Assembly: GCA_964016885.1 (NCBI GenBank)
Contig: OZ024753.1
Span: forward strand, 22,754,001-22,818,000
Source of the DNA: Eledone cirrhosa
Taxonomy: Eukaryota
Reading direction: 5' to 3'
DNA: 64,000 nucleotides
The number at the start of each line of letters is the position of its first letter. Position 1 is the first letter of the stretch. This document shows positions 15,945 through 29,352 of this stretch, piece after piece. The notes under the pieces were generated by a model that was given only the letters and a program-made list of their open reading frames with translations, ran no database searches and was not told the origin of the DNA. The position numbers and the translations under genes are program-made.

Positions 15945-16844
15945 ATATCTATTTGTCTATCAATCCTAGCGAATATATTATAAGATTCGACGAGGAAGAA
16001 AATTAAAATGTGTTTTTAGTCACGAGTGTTATGTCACTTGGCTATCTATGAACCTGAGTCAACGCTGTGTTATAAAGGTTTAGTTATAAAGGATATCAAA
16101 TGATATCAGATGATATCAAATGATATCGAATGATAATAAACACGAAGCAAATGTCTTTTTTATATCCCGTTCACTGTATGAAATAGCTTATATTTCAAAA
16201 GATTCAAGACTCTTTATTTTTACAGTCGTTTGAACAGGTTCAAAGTGAAAGTAAATAAACTGGCGTGTGTATGTCATTTCCACGGACAGATGTAGAAAAT
16301 AATAGAAGTTCTTTGATAACTCAGCGATATAATTTACATCATTGTAGAAGAACCAACTAAATATCAATGTAAATTCAACAGAGTAGAAATAATATAGCAG
16401 ACAAAGCTGTTAAGTTGTCAGATAATGCAAAACAGTCAAATAATCTCGATTAAGTAGAGTTATAACTGAGAGGGTTCCCATTATAATGATAATTTCTTTC
16501 AGATACTATGTAAGGGTCTATCTAGTAGAACATGTATGTGTATTCCTCTTTTTTCCAAGACAGTAAGGTTGATCTGTGGAAGATCTGGCTGTTATTTATT
16601 TATATGAAAGTCAATGACAGCACAGAGGTTCCTTCATCCATGTTTCTTACAGAATCAATCGATGTTGAAATTTAAGCTAAACATCGATTGATGTCGGCAA
16701 TTCGGACGGTAAAGTTTGCTGACATTTTTCTCCGACTCAATAAAATCTTATTGTAGACTAACTCTGTATTTCCGACGTCACAGAGTCAATAAGTTGTTTT
16801 ACTTTGCCATCCTTGCTAATAAGATGGTAAGCTCCACAGAATCC

Positions 16845-16985
16845 ATGTTCAAATCCCGCCGAGGTCAACTTTACTGTTCTTTCTTTTAAGGGTCGACAAA
16901 TAAAGAACCAGTTCAGTATTGGGGTCGACTCAGCCTCACTATCTTTTCCTTTCTCTTGAAGAAATTGGCTTTGCTCCAACTTGAA
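16845..16985 (+). mobile_element. tRNA-derived SINE, 3' part
   Basis: B-box-like GTTCAAATCCCGCCGAGGTCAACTTT...GGGTCGACAAATAAAG. Same family as 41410-41830 and 44975-45140. Confidence 0.7.
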
Positions 16986-17054
16986 GAGGAGTGGAATCTG
17001 TCAGGTTTAAAATGACCAACACACGCTTCTACAAATTTATCATTGTCACTGCAG

Positions 17055-17345
17055 TTAAACATTCCTCACAAAATCTCTCCAAAATTCACCATTTTCTATC
17101 ACTCCTGGCAACTGACATTTACTGAAGTTTGTATCATCTGAGAGTTGATCGATGAATGTTCCAGCAGGTTTTCCTTTACTGCGTCTCCCATGAATTGATT
17201 CCCACAATAGTAGCTTGTGTATAACTTCCTGCTTACTTCCCCAGCAATATCTTACCATTTTTTTTAGCAATTAGAGTTTTTATCTGGGGCAAGTTTTCCT
17301 ATAAAGTTTTATTTGTAATACGTTGAGGCTAGTTTATGTTTTGTA
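17055..17345 (-). mobile_element. RTE-clade LINE 3' fragment
   Basis: HKLLLWESIHGRRSKGKPAGTFIDQLSDDT resembles the RTE C-terminal LLWxPxHGxRxRGRP motif. Confidence 0.7.
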
Positions 17346-17786
17346 CATCGCGGCCCTTAATCTTGCTAATACTGTTGAAACCCCAGTAACTCTGACACCT
17401 TATAAACACCTGTACCTCTGTTAAAATACAGGTAAGCAGTTTTCTCAGCTGTATTCAATACAGAATTGTATGAATTTAACTAATTTTCCTTCTACAATAA
17501 TTCTCGCTCAAAATTTAACGTGAATATATTACAAATCAATAAATCTACTATAATTCGATCACAAATCAATAATTCTAACATTAGTCAGGGAATTTATTAT
17601 AATCAATACATTTAACATAAAGCTATCCATAAACTATGAATCTAGAAATATTGTCTAAACTCTAGGGGGAGCCATAGATAAGTGATCATTGCTTGCACCA
17701 TTTATTCGTATTCAATGTTCAGTTCTTTGATGTTTATGGCCATTCCATTTTATATTCTACCTTACATAATACATACATATATATAC

Positions 17787-17842
<56 letters not shown>

Positions 17843-17967
17843 CTACCAAAAGTTTACGGTAGTGTCCAATCCGTATGAAGAACTCAATGTAATCCGGATA
17901 TCATGAAAAGAAGAGATGCATTCAAAAATCACTTTCGGTGAAAGATAAACCGAAAACAGAGTCAAGA

Positions 17968-18352
17968 TAAATTATTTAAAAAATAATGAATAAACAAAGA
18001 AACAGTTCCTTATATTAAACAAAAAAAGTTCATTATTTTACGATCGTTTCTAGGACATATATGTGTTAGAATTGGTATGCATATTCAAAAGATCTATGTA
18101 CAAATTTATACAAACTATCAGAGAGAATATACATACCTTCACATATATATGCGGTCTTTCTGAAGACCGCATATATATGTGAAGGTATGTGTATTCTCTC
18201 TGATAGTTTGTATAAATTTGTACATAGATCTTTTGAATATGCATACCAATTCTAACACATATATGTCCTAGAAACGATCGTAAAATAATGAACTTTTTTT
18301 GTTTAATATAAGGAACTGTTTCTTTGTTTATTCATTATTTTTTTAATAATTT
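17968..18352. repeat. Near-perfect palindrome, arms about 190 bp
   Basis: Centre GCGGTCTT-TCTG-AAGACCGC at ~18160. Arms mirror outward to AATAATGAATAAACAAAG/CTTTGTTTATTCATTATT. Confidence 0.9.
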
Positions 18353-18494
18353 ATATATATATATATCTTTTCGCCTTAACTCTCCTGCCCTGAGCCAGTG
18401 CTACAGTAAAGCCAGAGTCCTGGTGTTTCTCCAGTGCAAGGCGCACACAATAGTCCACTACGATGATAAAAAGGTAGGGAGCCAATGTATCTCC

Positions 18495-18629
18495 CTGAGG
18501 TTAACGTATGTTGATGCCCTAAGGACAGACACTGGTCTTTTGGAGACGCAGTACATGGCAGCGATAATGAGGGACAGAGACCGCTGGAGAGAACTCGTCC
18601 ATGGATCTCGGGAAATTTACCCGCCCTAG
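18495..18629 (+). mobile_element. RTE LINE extreme 3' fragment
   Basis: [33 protein letters not shown]. Same family as 19505-19866 in the opposite orientation. Confidence 0.75.
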
Positions 18630-18639
18630 AATATATATA

Positions 18640-18932
18640 TAGTGAAAAGATAACAAGGACGATTGGTTACTCCTTCATTACATTTATTGGTTGGTGACGC
18701 GCGTTTCGCAGATAAGAGTCGGGTAAGATCGATACAGATCGAAACTTGAGCTGATAGGTGGCGAAACGCGCGTCACCAACCAATAAATGTAATGAAGGAG
18801 TAACCAATCGTCCTTATTATATTTTCACTACAATACACTCTCTATAGCTCTACACCTCGACACTGAAGTGAACCTAAACATCGAGTGCTCACCCGGGAGA
18901 ACCTACAGTAACTCCAAGTTACACTCCCTGGA
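18640..18932. mobile_element. Fold-back element carrying a hammerhead 3' half plus tail (PLE remnant) in (AT)n
   Basis: Arms 18640-18709 and 18761-18830. The right side reads CTGATAG-GTGGC-GAAA-CGCGCG-TC, and an ATACACTCT tail follows. Confidence 0.65.
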
Positions 18933-19398
18933 TATATATATATATATATATATGAACCCGTAACTCCTGTTGGGGTTGTAGGGACGACGTCGTGACATGA
19001 GGCGTATTTTGAGCACTTTAAATTCTGGCTAAGTCGGATTCCTCTCCAGGTCTAAAAACACGATTTCTTCCAGTTAAAGAGAGAGAGAATGAAAGAGAGA
19101 AAGAAAGAAAATAATATAGAAAAAACAATGGACCTCTCTATTGAAGTGGTACTCTTTTATCGACATGCATACACACATATATATATACATGTATATATAC
19201 ATATATATTCATAAATAAATGGAATAACAGCAAAATGCCGTCGAAATGGTGTTGAGTAAAACATTAGATCGAAAGAAATCAGCGGCTCGAAGTAAGTTGG
19301 TTTGAAAACCAATTCTTCGAGTCAAATCACACCGAGCCGCGTATCGAAAGTCGATATTTAAGTTAATTTTTTTTATGCATGTATATATATATTGTGTG

Positions 19399-19498
<100 letters not shown>

Positions 19499-19504
19499 AG
19501 TATA

Positions 19505-19866
19505 TCTAGACCGTGTAAAATTCCCGAGATCCATGGACGAATTCTCTCCAGTGGTCTCTGTCCCTCATTATCGCTGCCATGTCCTGCGTCTCCAACAAAA
19601 CAGTGTCTGTCCTTAGGGCATTAATATACGTTAACCTTGGTCTTCCTCTTCCATTGTGTCCATGCTGGGTTTTCCACAGGAGCACTGAGTGCAATGTCAA
19701 CTCTGGATGTCGGTGAGCAAAGATTGGGATTACGAAAGATGATGTGGTTGAGAGGAAGAGCAAAGCCTGGGCGGTGTGACAGAGCTTGAGATCGGTGTGG
19801 CAGTCTGACCCTCATAGAGACCTGAAAATCCGCCTCTTCATTGCTGTAGTGGAGTCTGTGCTGCTG
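19505..19866 (-). mobile_element. RTE LINE 3' end with inverted 5' segment, in (AT)n
   Basis: Minus strand: [38 protein letters not shown]. Plus strand 19720-19866 encodes upstream RTE sequence ([15 protein letters not shown]), which indicates a 5' inversion. Confidence 0.75.
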
Positions 19867-19878
19867 TATATATATGTA

Positions 19879-19977
<99 letters not shown>

Positions 19978-20390
19978 TAAATCATGTCCTTAGAATTATT
20001 ATATAAAATATATACCATTTCCTCTCCCAATTAGCATAATTAACCATATAACAAATCAATTAGACCAGGCTATAAGAATAAAGGCTCCTATGAAGAAATA
20101 TTTGATAAATAACCGAAAGCGGCCTCTTCGCGGTGACCACAATAGAGTATTTACCCAACATTTCAACACCATGTAGAAACTGACTAAATATACCGTCAAC
20201 CATACACAATTAGGTGTAAATTTAAACTTATAAGAAACGTGTACATACCGTAATTACATCTCTACCATGGTTTCGTTCGTATTTTGAGATATCCTATTAT
20301 TAAGGACGAATCTAGAGTAACGAACTCATCAGGAGACAAACTCAATCGGTCAGATGACTCGATCGCGCCAGATGTAGCTCACATATAATT

Positions 20391-20423
<33 letters not shown>

Positions 20424-20428
20424 GAAAT

Positions 20429-22080
20429 TATAGAAATTACATGAATCAAAGTTCTGTTTAAACCATTTATTCGCTTACAATTGTTTCTTCCAAACTGAGG
20501 TTTAGAGTCTTCGGAGCAATTTTTCAATGATCGTTTACATACTTGACCTCCTTTCCAACACAAGAGACATACAGAAACATATGTATATATTGACCCACAG
20601 TGGGTTGACATCCATTATAATATTTAAGCATGGCAATTTATATTCAAAGATTAAAGTCATATTAAAAGAAAACAAAATTGAAGTTAAAATACAACATTGG
20701 CAGTTTACGAAGAAAATGCAAGCTGATAGTTAGAAGTAGTTAGTGTATGCAATAGTTACACGTGGGGCATGGACGTGTGTCTTATTTATATAAGATTATA
20801 GTGCGGCAGGATGTTATATGTAATACAAGCACTTTAAGCGGGCAATCAAGAGTATTATGGGGGTTGTATTTGTAAAGTATTTTTTAATATGTATGATATA
20901 GGAGCTTGTGTGCAGATAAATATTAAAAATTAAAAATATTAAAAATGAGAAGCAAAACAATGTTATGGTTTTCGTATACACCACCATTTTCATAATCCAG
21001 GAAACGTAATATATAAATGATATGTCCTTCACATAATCTACGATGATTCAATGTTGGATGCTTGATGAATTAAGTTAGAATATGACAGCTTGTTGTTCTT
21101 TAATCCAATTTTATAGAGCAGGTTGTTTTTGTTGCGAGAATTAACATCGTATTATTTTCCGGAAGTGGGTGTGTGATTAAGGGGAGTTAATGCGTGAGGG
21201 GAGGTAACTAGCTGATTTCTATAACTAAATTTATTATCCTAATGTACATTAAATGGTGTCTCAAATGAGTCCCTAATCATATAAGGTTATAAACAGTTTC
21301 TAAATTTAAGTATCCTATCTATAATTACAGTGTAGTCTATCAAGAAGTACTAAAGGTGTTCATATTAGGATGATTACCCTCTATCATTGAGTGCCACAAC
21401 TGGATATTCTACATGAAGAGTCAGATCCCTAAATCAATGATCTATATTGACCAATATTGAATCATCGTAGATTATGTGAAGGATATATAATCTATATATT
21501 ACGTTTCCTAGATTATGAAAATGGTGGTGTATACGAAAACCATAACATTGTTTTGCTTCTCCTTTTTAATATTTTTAATTTTTAATATTTATCTGCACAC
21601 AAGCTCCTATATCATACATATTAAAAAAATACTTTACAAATACAACCCCCATAATACTCTTGATTGCCCGCTTAAAGTGCTTGTATTACATATAACATCC
21701 TGCCGCACTATAATCTTATATAAATAAGACACACATCCATGCCCCACGTGTAACTATTGCATACACTAACTACTTCTAACTATCATCTTGCATTTTCTTC
21801 GTAAACTGCCAATGTTGTATTTTAACTTCAATTTTGTTTTCTTTTAATATGACTTTAATCTTTGAATATAAATTGCCATGCTTAAATATTATAATGGATG
21901 TCAACCCACTGTGGGTCAATATATACATATGTTTCTGTATGTCTCTTGTGTTGGAAAGGAGGTCAAGTATGTAAACAATCATTGAAAAATTGCTCCGAAG
22001 ACTCTAAACCTCGGTTTAGAAGAAACAATTGTAAGCGAATAAATGGTTTAAACAGAACTTTGATTAATGTAATTTCTATA
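20429..22080. repeat. Inverted repeat with ~625-bp arms (20429-21052 and 21456-22080) and ~400-bp spacer; probable PLE pseudo-LTR pair
   Basis: Mirror ORFs 20527-20733(+) and 21776-21982(-). Each arm carries a hammerhead-like motif. Confidence 0.85.
21990..22038 (+). ncRNA. Hammerhead-like motif with variant core (CCGAAGA); mirror copy at ~20471-20519 (-)
   Basis: TTGCT-CCGAAGA-C-TCTAAACC-TC-GGTTTAGA-A-GAAA-CAATTG-TA-AGCGA: 8-bp stem II and palindromic stem III. Confidence 0.55.
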
Positions 22081-22240
22081 TAACTGCTCTGAAGAACAAC
22101 TGATGTTATTACATTGAGCTATTTATCTTACTGGTAATAAGGTAGTAATAAATTACTGTCTTTCACTATTTAGGGTTTAAAATATATATAACTATAAAAG
22201 GTTTTAGTATATACATAACCATAAATAGTATCCTTAATAC

Positions 22241-22300
<60 letters not shown>

Positions 22301-22509
22301 CATATGTGAGCTACATGATGCAGTTACTGCGAAGTTCACCTACATACTGTGATCTTTGGCTCCCAGACAATTGTCTGACAAGTACTAGAACTGCCATGTC
22401 TCCAACTGGAATAGCTATTTCAACACGCCTACCTTGCTTCCCGCTAAAGGAACGCGTTTTCCATTCTGTCTACTGGGATCACCTTAGGTGAGACAGCAAG
22501 CACAACTTC

Positions 22510-22620
22510 ACGCCAAAACGCTGTTTCCCATCAACGTTTGTAGATCATCCTCGTCAATTCCAGTGTCTTTTGCTATGGTATCCTGGTATCTGAGCTTTTG
22601 ATACCACGAGGTAGCCCACA
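22510..22620 (-). mobile_element. RTE LINE 3' fragment
   Basis: Minus strand reads RGYQKLRYQDTIAKDTGIDEDDLQTLM, an RTE C-terminal pattern. Confidence 0.5.
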
Positions 22621-23293
22621 CCTAAGAGTGTGCATGCCAGAGAGTGTTCTCCCACACCAGCCAGGCCTGTATCATTAGGGGATAGCAATAATTGGGCAGC
22701 CTTTTTCTCATTTCAAGCTTAATATTTAATTGTTTAAATTAAATATTACGTGTGTGTGTGTGTTTAGAATGTCTCAAGAGAGAATCACTGGACAGGACAG
22801 ATTTTACAGACAAAACCAACCGACAGAAGAAGCAGAGTTAGACCCTGATCAAGATGGTTGAATAACATCCGGATCAATTGGAAACAGTTGCTTCTGACAG
22901 GAACCGCTGGAAGGTGCATTTAAGGTGTCTTACTCCACGACTCTCCCAGGAATATGTGGGCCAAGAAGAACAAGATTAAATGTTGAACTCAACTAAATTA
23001 TTTTCCGTTGATCAGACTTTAGTTTAAACACCACTTAAATCAACTCAGTGTTTTTCTGTATCCGATTTTCCAATTTTTATGTTTCTGATGTTTAAACCGA
23101 TTGTGTGTTTTATAAATCGTATTTTATAATTAGTTCGTTATTATTGACTTCACCTACAAAATATCTCGTCATTAACAGCTATAGTCACTTCGCTATTAAG
23201 CTTTTATTTGCCTCTGGCTTATTTCTTTCTCTACCTCTATCTCTCTCAGTACGGCTCTCTCTTTATCTAACCCTCTCTCTCTATCTTTATTCT

Positions 23294-23341
<48 letters not shown>

Positions 23342-23933
23342 TCGACCCATTCTCTCTCCCCCTCCCCTTGCTCTCTATACTCCCTCTCTCTATTTCTTTA
23401 CACGTATTACAATGTCATATCAACGATGAATATTTCAATAATTTTCAAATTTGTTTAATATCTTCTAAGGAAACAGACGAACTAGAATCAGTGTAAGCAG
23501 TACATTCTATATTTCAACTGAGTGTGTATGTATATATATATATATATATATACATACACACACACACATTTATTCAGTGTGTGTGATGTATATATGTATA
23601 TACATACATTTCCCCCACCAAAATGGCTAACTGAACACACAAGTACTTTTCCTCCAGAATAATTATTTTTCCATTCCTTCCTCTTCCCAATCTCTTCTAT
23701 CTCTTTATTTCAATAATTTCTGATCCTGACTTTTGATGAAAGACTAGCCTCCGAAACGTTACGACTCTTTTCCTACTATATCAAGAGTTAAACTAATACT
23801 GTACTTCTTCATTGTGCTGTATTGTTTACTTTGTCGATTCTGTTTACTTTACCCGCGCTCGCGCGCTTGCACACACATAAATATATATAATGTATATATA
23901 TATTATTCAAAATATTCTCATAATCAAAATATA

Positions 23934-23999
23934 TATTTTATTATATATATTTCAAATGTACTGTGTTGTTTTTTCAGTACGTCCTCATCAGACAAAATA
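23934..23999 (-). ncRNA. Type I minimal hammerhead ribozyme (same family as 842-908)
   Basis: Minus strand: TATTTTGT-CTGATGA-GGACGTACTG...CAGTACATTT-GAAA-TATATA-TA-ATAAAATA. Confidence 0.75.
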
Positions 24000-24080
24000 T
24001 ATGATTTGATATATGACATACCGCTACGGTCTTGATTATTCAATTCCAGTATTGGCAGTATTCCAGTATAATGTATGTAT

Positions 24081-24135
<55 letters not shown>

Positions 24136-24165
24136 TATATATATAAATATATGTATATATATATG

Positions 24166-24219
<54 letters not shown>

Positions 24220-24244
24220 AATATATGTATATATATATGTATAT

Positions 24245-24326
<82 letters not shown>

Positions 24327-24489
24327 TTGAATTCAGTATTTCTAAAGAAATACGGTATGTTTATAAACAAACATTTAGAAAGCCATACCTATGAAAAGCA
24401 GTGGCAGCTAACACTACCAAGTGGTGCTTGACAGAATCAAGGGGGACAATCGTCGATGCATTTCGAACTCGACTGGTGCTCGTCAAGAC

Positions 24490-24545
<56 letters not shown>

Positions 24546-24739
24546 CTCGCAACTGCCGGACTTTGAAAACTTGCGAAAATATACAGTTTTTTCGTCTGTG
24601 GGAATGAGGTGATTCATCTTATTTGCATACGAAGCTGCATAAGTTAGTTTAACTTAATATAGAATGGAAGTAGAATTTAGCTTCGAACATAGCTGTATAC
24701 AAATTCATATACATATTTGTATATAGCTATGTTGGAAGC

Positions 24740-24799
<60 letters not shown>

Positions 24800-25479
24800 G
24801 TGTGTGTGTGTGTGTGCTTAACAACATAAAGTATGTCTAATGTCGTATCGGGTATTTACAGTTCGTACTGAACTATTGACATATAATTATCAATTACCTT
24901 ACAACTAATATTTCGACTTTCTGTTTACTGGCAAATATTGTATAATCCCAATTCTGCTATTCGTTGATTAGCTAAGCTAAAGATAGCCATTTTGGCTTCA
25001 ACTATTTTGAAAAAGATCCAATGAATCTTTAATGTCTTTTAGTCTCTTTGAATGGGAGTTATTCACGCATGTATTTCTTAAATCTTGAATATTCTACCGT
25101 AATATAACGTGCTCCAGGGGAAAGAGCTCCCACATTATCTCAAACGTAGGAAAATCAATCACATTTGACATTACCAAAGAGAAGGAAAGAAAATGTTTCT
25201 CTTTACATAGTGTGTCTTCTCTCTGTCTTCTCATCCATAACATCCTTGCATCTTGCTTTCAAAATTCAATTTTCGTTGCTTCATATTTTGAAACATTGAA
25301 AGTGAAAAATAAAGGTAAAAATCAAGTTAGATATTTTTTCCTCGGAAGATTCTTTTGAGCATCGTTACTAAATGGAATAGCTTGGAAATGAAAGAGACCC
25401 TCCAGTTACAACTAACACTTCTCCGAATTCAGAGACCACTGCTCTGATATTACAGAAATGTGGTTAGAATGGAGTTCAT

Positions 25480-25848
25480 CCGAAGGGTCTTTGGAATAAT
25501 GTTATTCGATAGAGTGCGAAGCTCGGAGATCAGGGAGTCGCTCCTGGTAGAGCCACTACTTCAAATTGAGAGATCACAGCTCCGATATTACGGACTTGTT
25601 GTCAGAATATCCTAGGATAAATTTATTGACATATTTTACCGACAATACCAACTGGCAGTAGATCCATGGGTATACGCCGAGCAAGATGGTTGGACAACAC
25701 CATGAGCTTGACTGGTCAATCTTGGGGATCAAGCCGGATCAATTGGAGACGGTTGCTTCTGAGAGGACCCACTGGAAAGTATGTTTTAAAAGTCTGCCTC
25801 CACGGCCCTCTCAGGAATAAGTGGAAGAAGAAGAAGAAGAAGAAGAAG
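25480..25848 (+). mobile_element. RTE LINE 3' fragment with (GAA)n tail
   Basis: DRVRSSEIRESLLVEPLL.QIERSQLRYYG...GSRSMGIRRARWLD, ending in GAAGAAGAA. A related shorter fragment lies at ~22770-22975. Confidence 0.7.
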
Positions 25849-26095
25849 CGTACGAGAAAGCAGTATATAACATTGAACTGCAGTTTATATCGACTTTCTT
25901 ATGTTTTTATGATATCGTCGTCTCCATATTGCCGCTGGTCAGCCGAAGCTTCTGGTTACAGGCCTTCTTAACCTACGATCGTTTTGTTTATTAAACTACG
26001 TGTTTACACAGAAATGAGGTCCTCAAGAGGGGTGGAATGGTAAAGGTGAGGTAATAGACTGTGTTACCTAATGGAAAGGGATTTTCTCGTATATA

Positions 26096-26286
26096 TAGAG
26101 GGCCGGCTGTAAAGTTCATAGGCTGACCAAGATACTCTCATGGAATGAGGTTTATCTTTTCCATATAGTCCCTGCAAAGAATCAGTGCAGGTATTCATAA
26201 GAAGAATGGAAGTTAATGCATGCAAGATTTCACAGCTCTAGTATCATTCCATAATCAGACTATGAAATTTTCAGTCTACTCTCGTA
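26096..26286. mobile_element. Mariner-like MITE / internally deleted DNA transposon
   Basis: Imperfect ~30-bp TIRs: TAGAGGGCCGGCTGTAAAGTTCATAGGCTGA and TCAGACTATGAAATTTTCAGTCTACTCTCGTA, with TA ends. Confidence 0.6.
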
Positions 26287-26734
26287 TTTATGGTTATCAT
26301 TTAAAGAGGGGGAGAGTGAGATGGGGGAGGAACAAAAGAGAAATTAATGTAGGAATCCGCCATTAAGTCCTGTAATCCTAGCAACAGAATATCAAGTATT
26401 TAGTATTCTCAGTTTCCTGTTTAATTGGAAAGCATTAAATAGATTCTGGTGTGTAAAGGTAATTAAAAACTTGAAGTGTTAATTATCGTCATTCATTAAG
26501 TACAAACACACACACACATATACATACACACAAAAACACATATACACGTAGGCAAACACACATATTCACACAGACAAACACACACACATCGACATACACA
26601 TATACATACAAACATGTACACACATATGCAAACACACATATACACACACATCGACATACACATACACGCATTTATATGTGTGGCATTTCTACATGTATTA
26701 TCACGAGACGTACGGCTGTTGTCAAGTTTAATTA

Positions 26735-26871
<137 letters not shown>

Positions 26872-26880
26872 GTATGTATG

Positions 26881-26915
<35 letters not shown>

Positions 26916-26957
26916 AATATGAAAACATGGCGTGCTGCGTGGTTGCAAATGGCTTAC

Positions 26958-27339
26958 ATATGAATAAATTTAGTCCTTCATCAGTGATCTTCCAACCTTC
27001 ATTGCTATGTCATCGCTTTAAAGACCATATACCTCTGGTTTAGTGCGAGCAACGGCTAAAGAAAGTCGTTGGGACATGTAAATAAGGAGAACGAACGAGA
27101 CAGTAAACAAACAAAGATGGTAATGCAACGAAAAGTGAGGAAGAAGGAGTCAAGTCCTTGAAATCGATGAACATAAGTTCTGTGAAATCGTAGATGAGAG
27201 AGAATCTCGCTCGTTTCCCCTATTTACGTGTCCCAACCACTTTCTTTAGCCGTTGCTCGCACCAACCAGAGGTATATGGTCGTTAAAGCGATGAAATACC
27301 AATGAAGGCTGGTAGATCACTGATGAAGGACTAAATTTA

Positions 27340-27346
<7 letters not shown>
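26958..27346. repeat. Inverted repeat, ~140-bp arms with ~105-bp spacer, next to (AT)n
   Basis: ATATGAATAAATTTAGTCCTTCATCAG... is mirrored by ...CTGATGAAGGACTAAATTTATTCATAT. Confidence 0.8.
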
Positions 27347-27392
<46 letters not shown>

Positions 27393-27642
27393 GCATACAT
27401 ATATATAATAATAAAACGAAAAATCATTGATGCATCTGGACTCAGTTTATTGTGTGTTACAATTGTTTCGCCGGCAGATAGCTCGAGACACGATCATTGT
27501 ATGGATCAGTCTGATTCTAGATCTGCAGGTTCTTCGGACACATGCAGTACTTTTGGAACAAACTTTATCACTGGGGTGTTTGCTTCAAAAAACATCTTCC
27601 TGTCTTGTCTTGCTATTGGCTGTTGTTTTTCTACGTCATCAT

Positions 27643-27980
27643 AAATTCTGGTCAATATTTGCTGCCAAACTGTCCATCAGCTACTCTCCGTCCGACACAC
27701 TTCAATGGACTCATGCTGGGTTTGGTATTTCACAAGTCCGCTCGCACACACATATATACCCACACATACACACACACATATATATGTATATGCATATATA
27801 TGTATGTGTGCGCGTATGTGTGTATGTATATGTGTATATATATGTGTGTGTGTATGTATGGGTATATATGTGTGTGAGAGCGGAGTTGTGAAATACCAAA
27901 CCCAGCATGAGTCCATTGAAGTGTATCGGACGGAGAGTAGCTGATGGACAGGTTAGCAGCAAATATTGACCAGAATTTAG
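27643..27980. repeat. Palindrome of a PLE coding fragment around an AC/AT microsatellite core
   Basis: Both arms encode KFWSIFAA(K/N)LSISYSPSDTL, similar to the PLE KIFNRNxVKISYS linker. The minus-strand PLE fragment continues to ~28150. Confidence 0.75.
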
Positions 27981-28149
27981 CCATCATCTTCTCTAGGATA
28001 GAGAAGAAGCGTTTAGGGATATTTGTGGCTAGATTAGATGAGAATGGGTGCTTAAGGCAGGTGATATTTCTAATCCTATTCCTGCTATGGGTTCTAGTGG
28101 AGTTGGTAAGGGCCTTCATAGGGTTATTATTATCTGGGCATTTGTTATT

Positions 28150-29352
28150 AAGCTACTACGCTTCAATAACCCCAGCACTGCTCAACAAAGCGTTAACCCT
28201 AGCCAGCACCAACTCTGACATAACCAATAACGAAATTGACATCATACTTATGGGTAGGCATCATTGAATTCAACGGAGCACTCTGGACTAGAAAAGACAG
28301 AAGAGACAACTTTGACATCACTATGGGCTCAAGCGACTCTGCGCAAATCACCAATTTAGTTGGAATTTACCTATTACATAATATCAGAGCTGAAATCCAA
28401 CCCTTGCAAGGCGGAATATATAGAGAAGACGCCCTATTTGCAGTCCACAATTGCACTAATCGAGGCATTGACTTCCTAAAAAAAAAATTACATAGATTCT
28501 TTAAAAATAACGGTCTCTCTATCACTATCGAGCCGAACCTCTAGAAGGAATAGGCCTAGAAATATCACCTGGCTTAACCCCCATTCTCATCTAATCGAAC
28601 CACTAATATCCCTAAACGTTTCTCCTCTATCCTTTCTAAACATTCCCTCCCCCCAACCATAGATATTACAAACTCTTTAATAAAATCAACATTAAAATCT
28701 CACCAACACCTAACCTAGCTAGCCACATCCCATTCAGTAACCATCATAAACTAAGACAGTTTATGATGGTTACCCACACCGCGGTACCACCACCCCCATC
28801 AACTACACCACGCCACTACACCAATACTTACTCTAGTAGCACACCTCCCCCATCTAATTCTTTTGGCACGGACCACCGCATAGTTTACACAACCCTACGC
28901 TCACTAACCGCAGAAGTAACTGCAACTGCCGTTACCCTAATGTATGCCCACTAAATGGACATTGCCTGACACCCAATATAATTTATAAGTGCACAGTTAA
29001 AACTGCTTCGCATACCAGCTCCTATATTGGCTCCACCTCTAACCCTTTTAAGGTACGCTATAACGCGCACTCTTTTTCCTTCCGAGACCCTAACAACAGA
29101 TGTTCGACATCTCTAGCTAGGCTCATTAAAAACCTTAAATTAACCAACATTGAACACTCACTAACATGGGATATCTTGGCTAGGGCCCAACCATTCAATG
29201 GACGAAGAAAATCTTGTGACCTCTGTCTTACCGAAGCATATTACATAACTCTATCACGACTTCTACCGATTAACGATAGAACCGAGGTAACTATTAGTTG
29301 TCAACATCGAAGGGCTAATTCCTTCACCAACAGAATATTTGACCCAACATAG
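28150..29352 (+). mobile_element. Degenerate Penelope-like element: RT fragments and GIY-YIG endonuclease
   Basis: FDITMGSSDSAQITNLVGIYLL...GGIYREDA (RT). IIYKCTV...SYIGSTSNPFKVRYNAH...WDILARA...CDLCLTEAYYI...SCQHRR (GIY-YIG). Confidence 0.85.

Noticed and set aside
16215-16520. Possible host micro-exons (TTTTACAG...GTAAAT; TTCTTTCAG...GTAAGG)
   Set aside because: Such motifs arise by chance in AT-rich DNA and there is no coding support without RNA-seq.
23725-23770. Additional hammerhead (TTGATGA...GAAACGTTAC)
   Set aside because: The core is mutated and the stems are not convincing. Lone CTGATGA hits at 27320 and 45524 also lack the rest of the fold.
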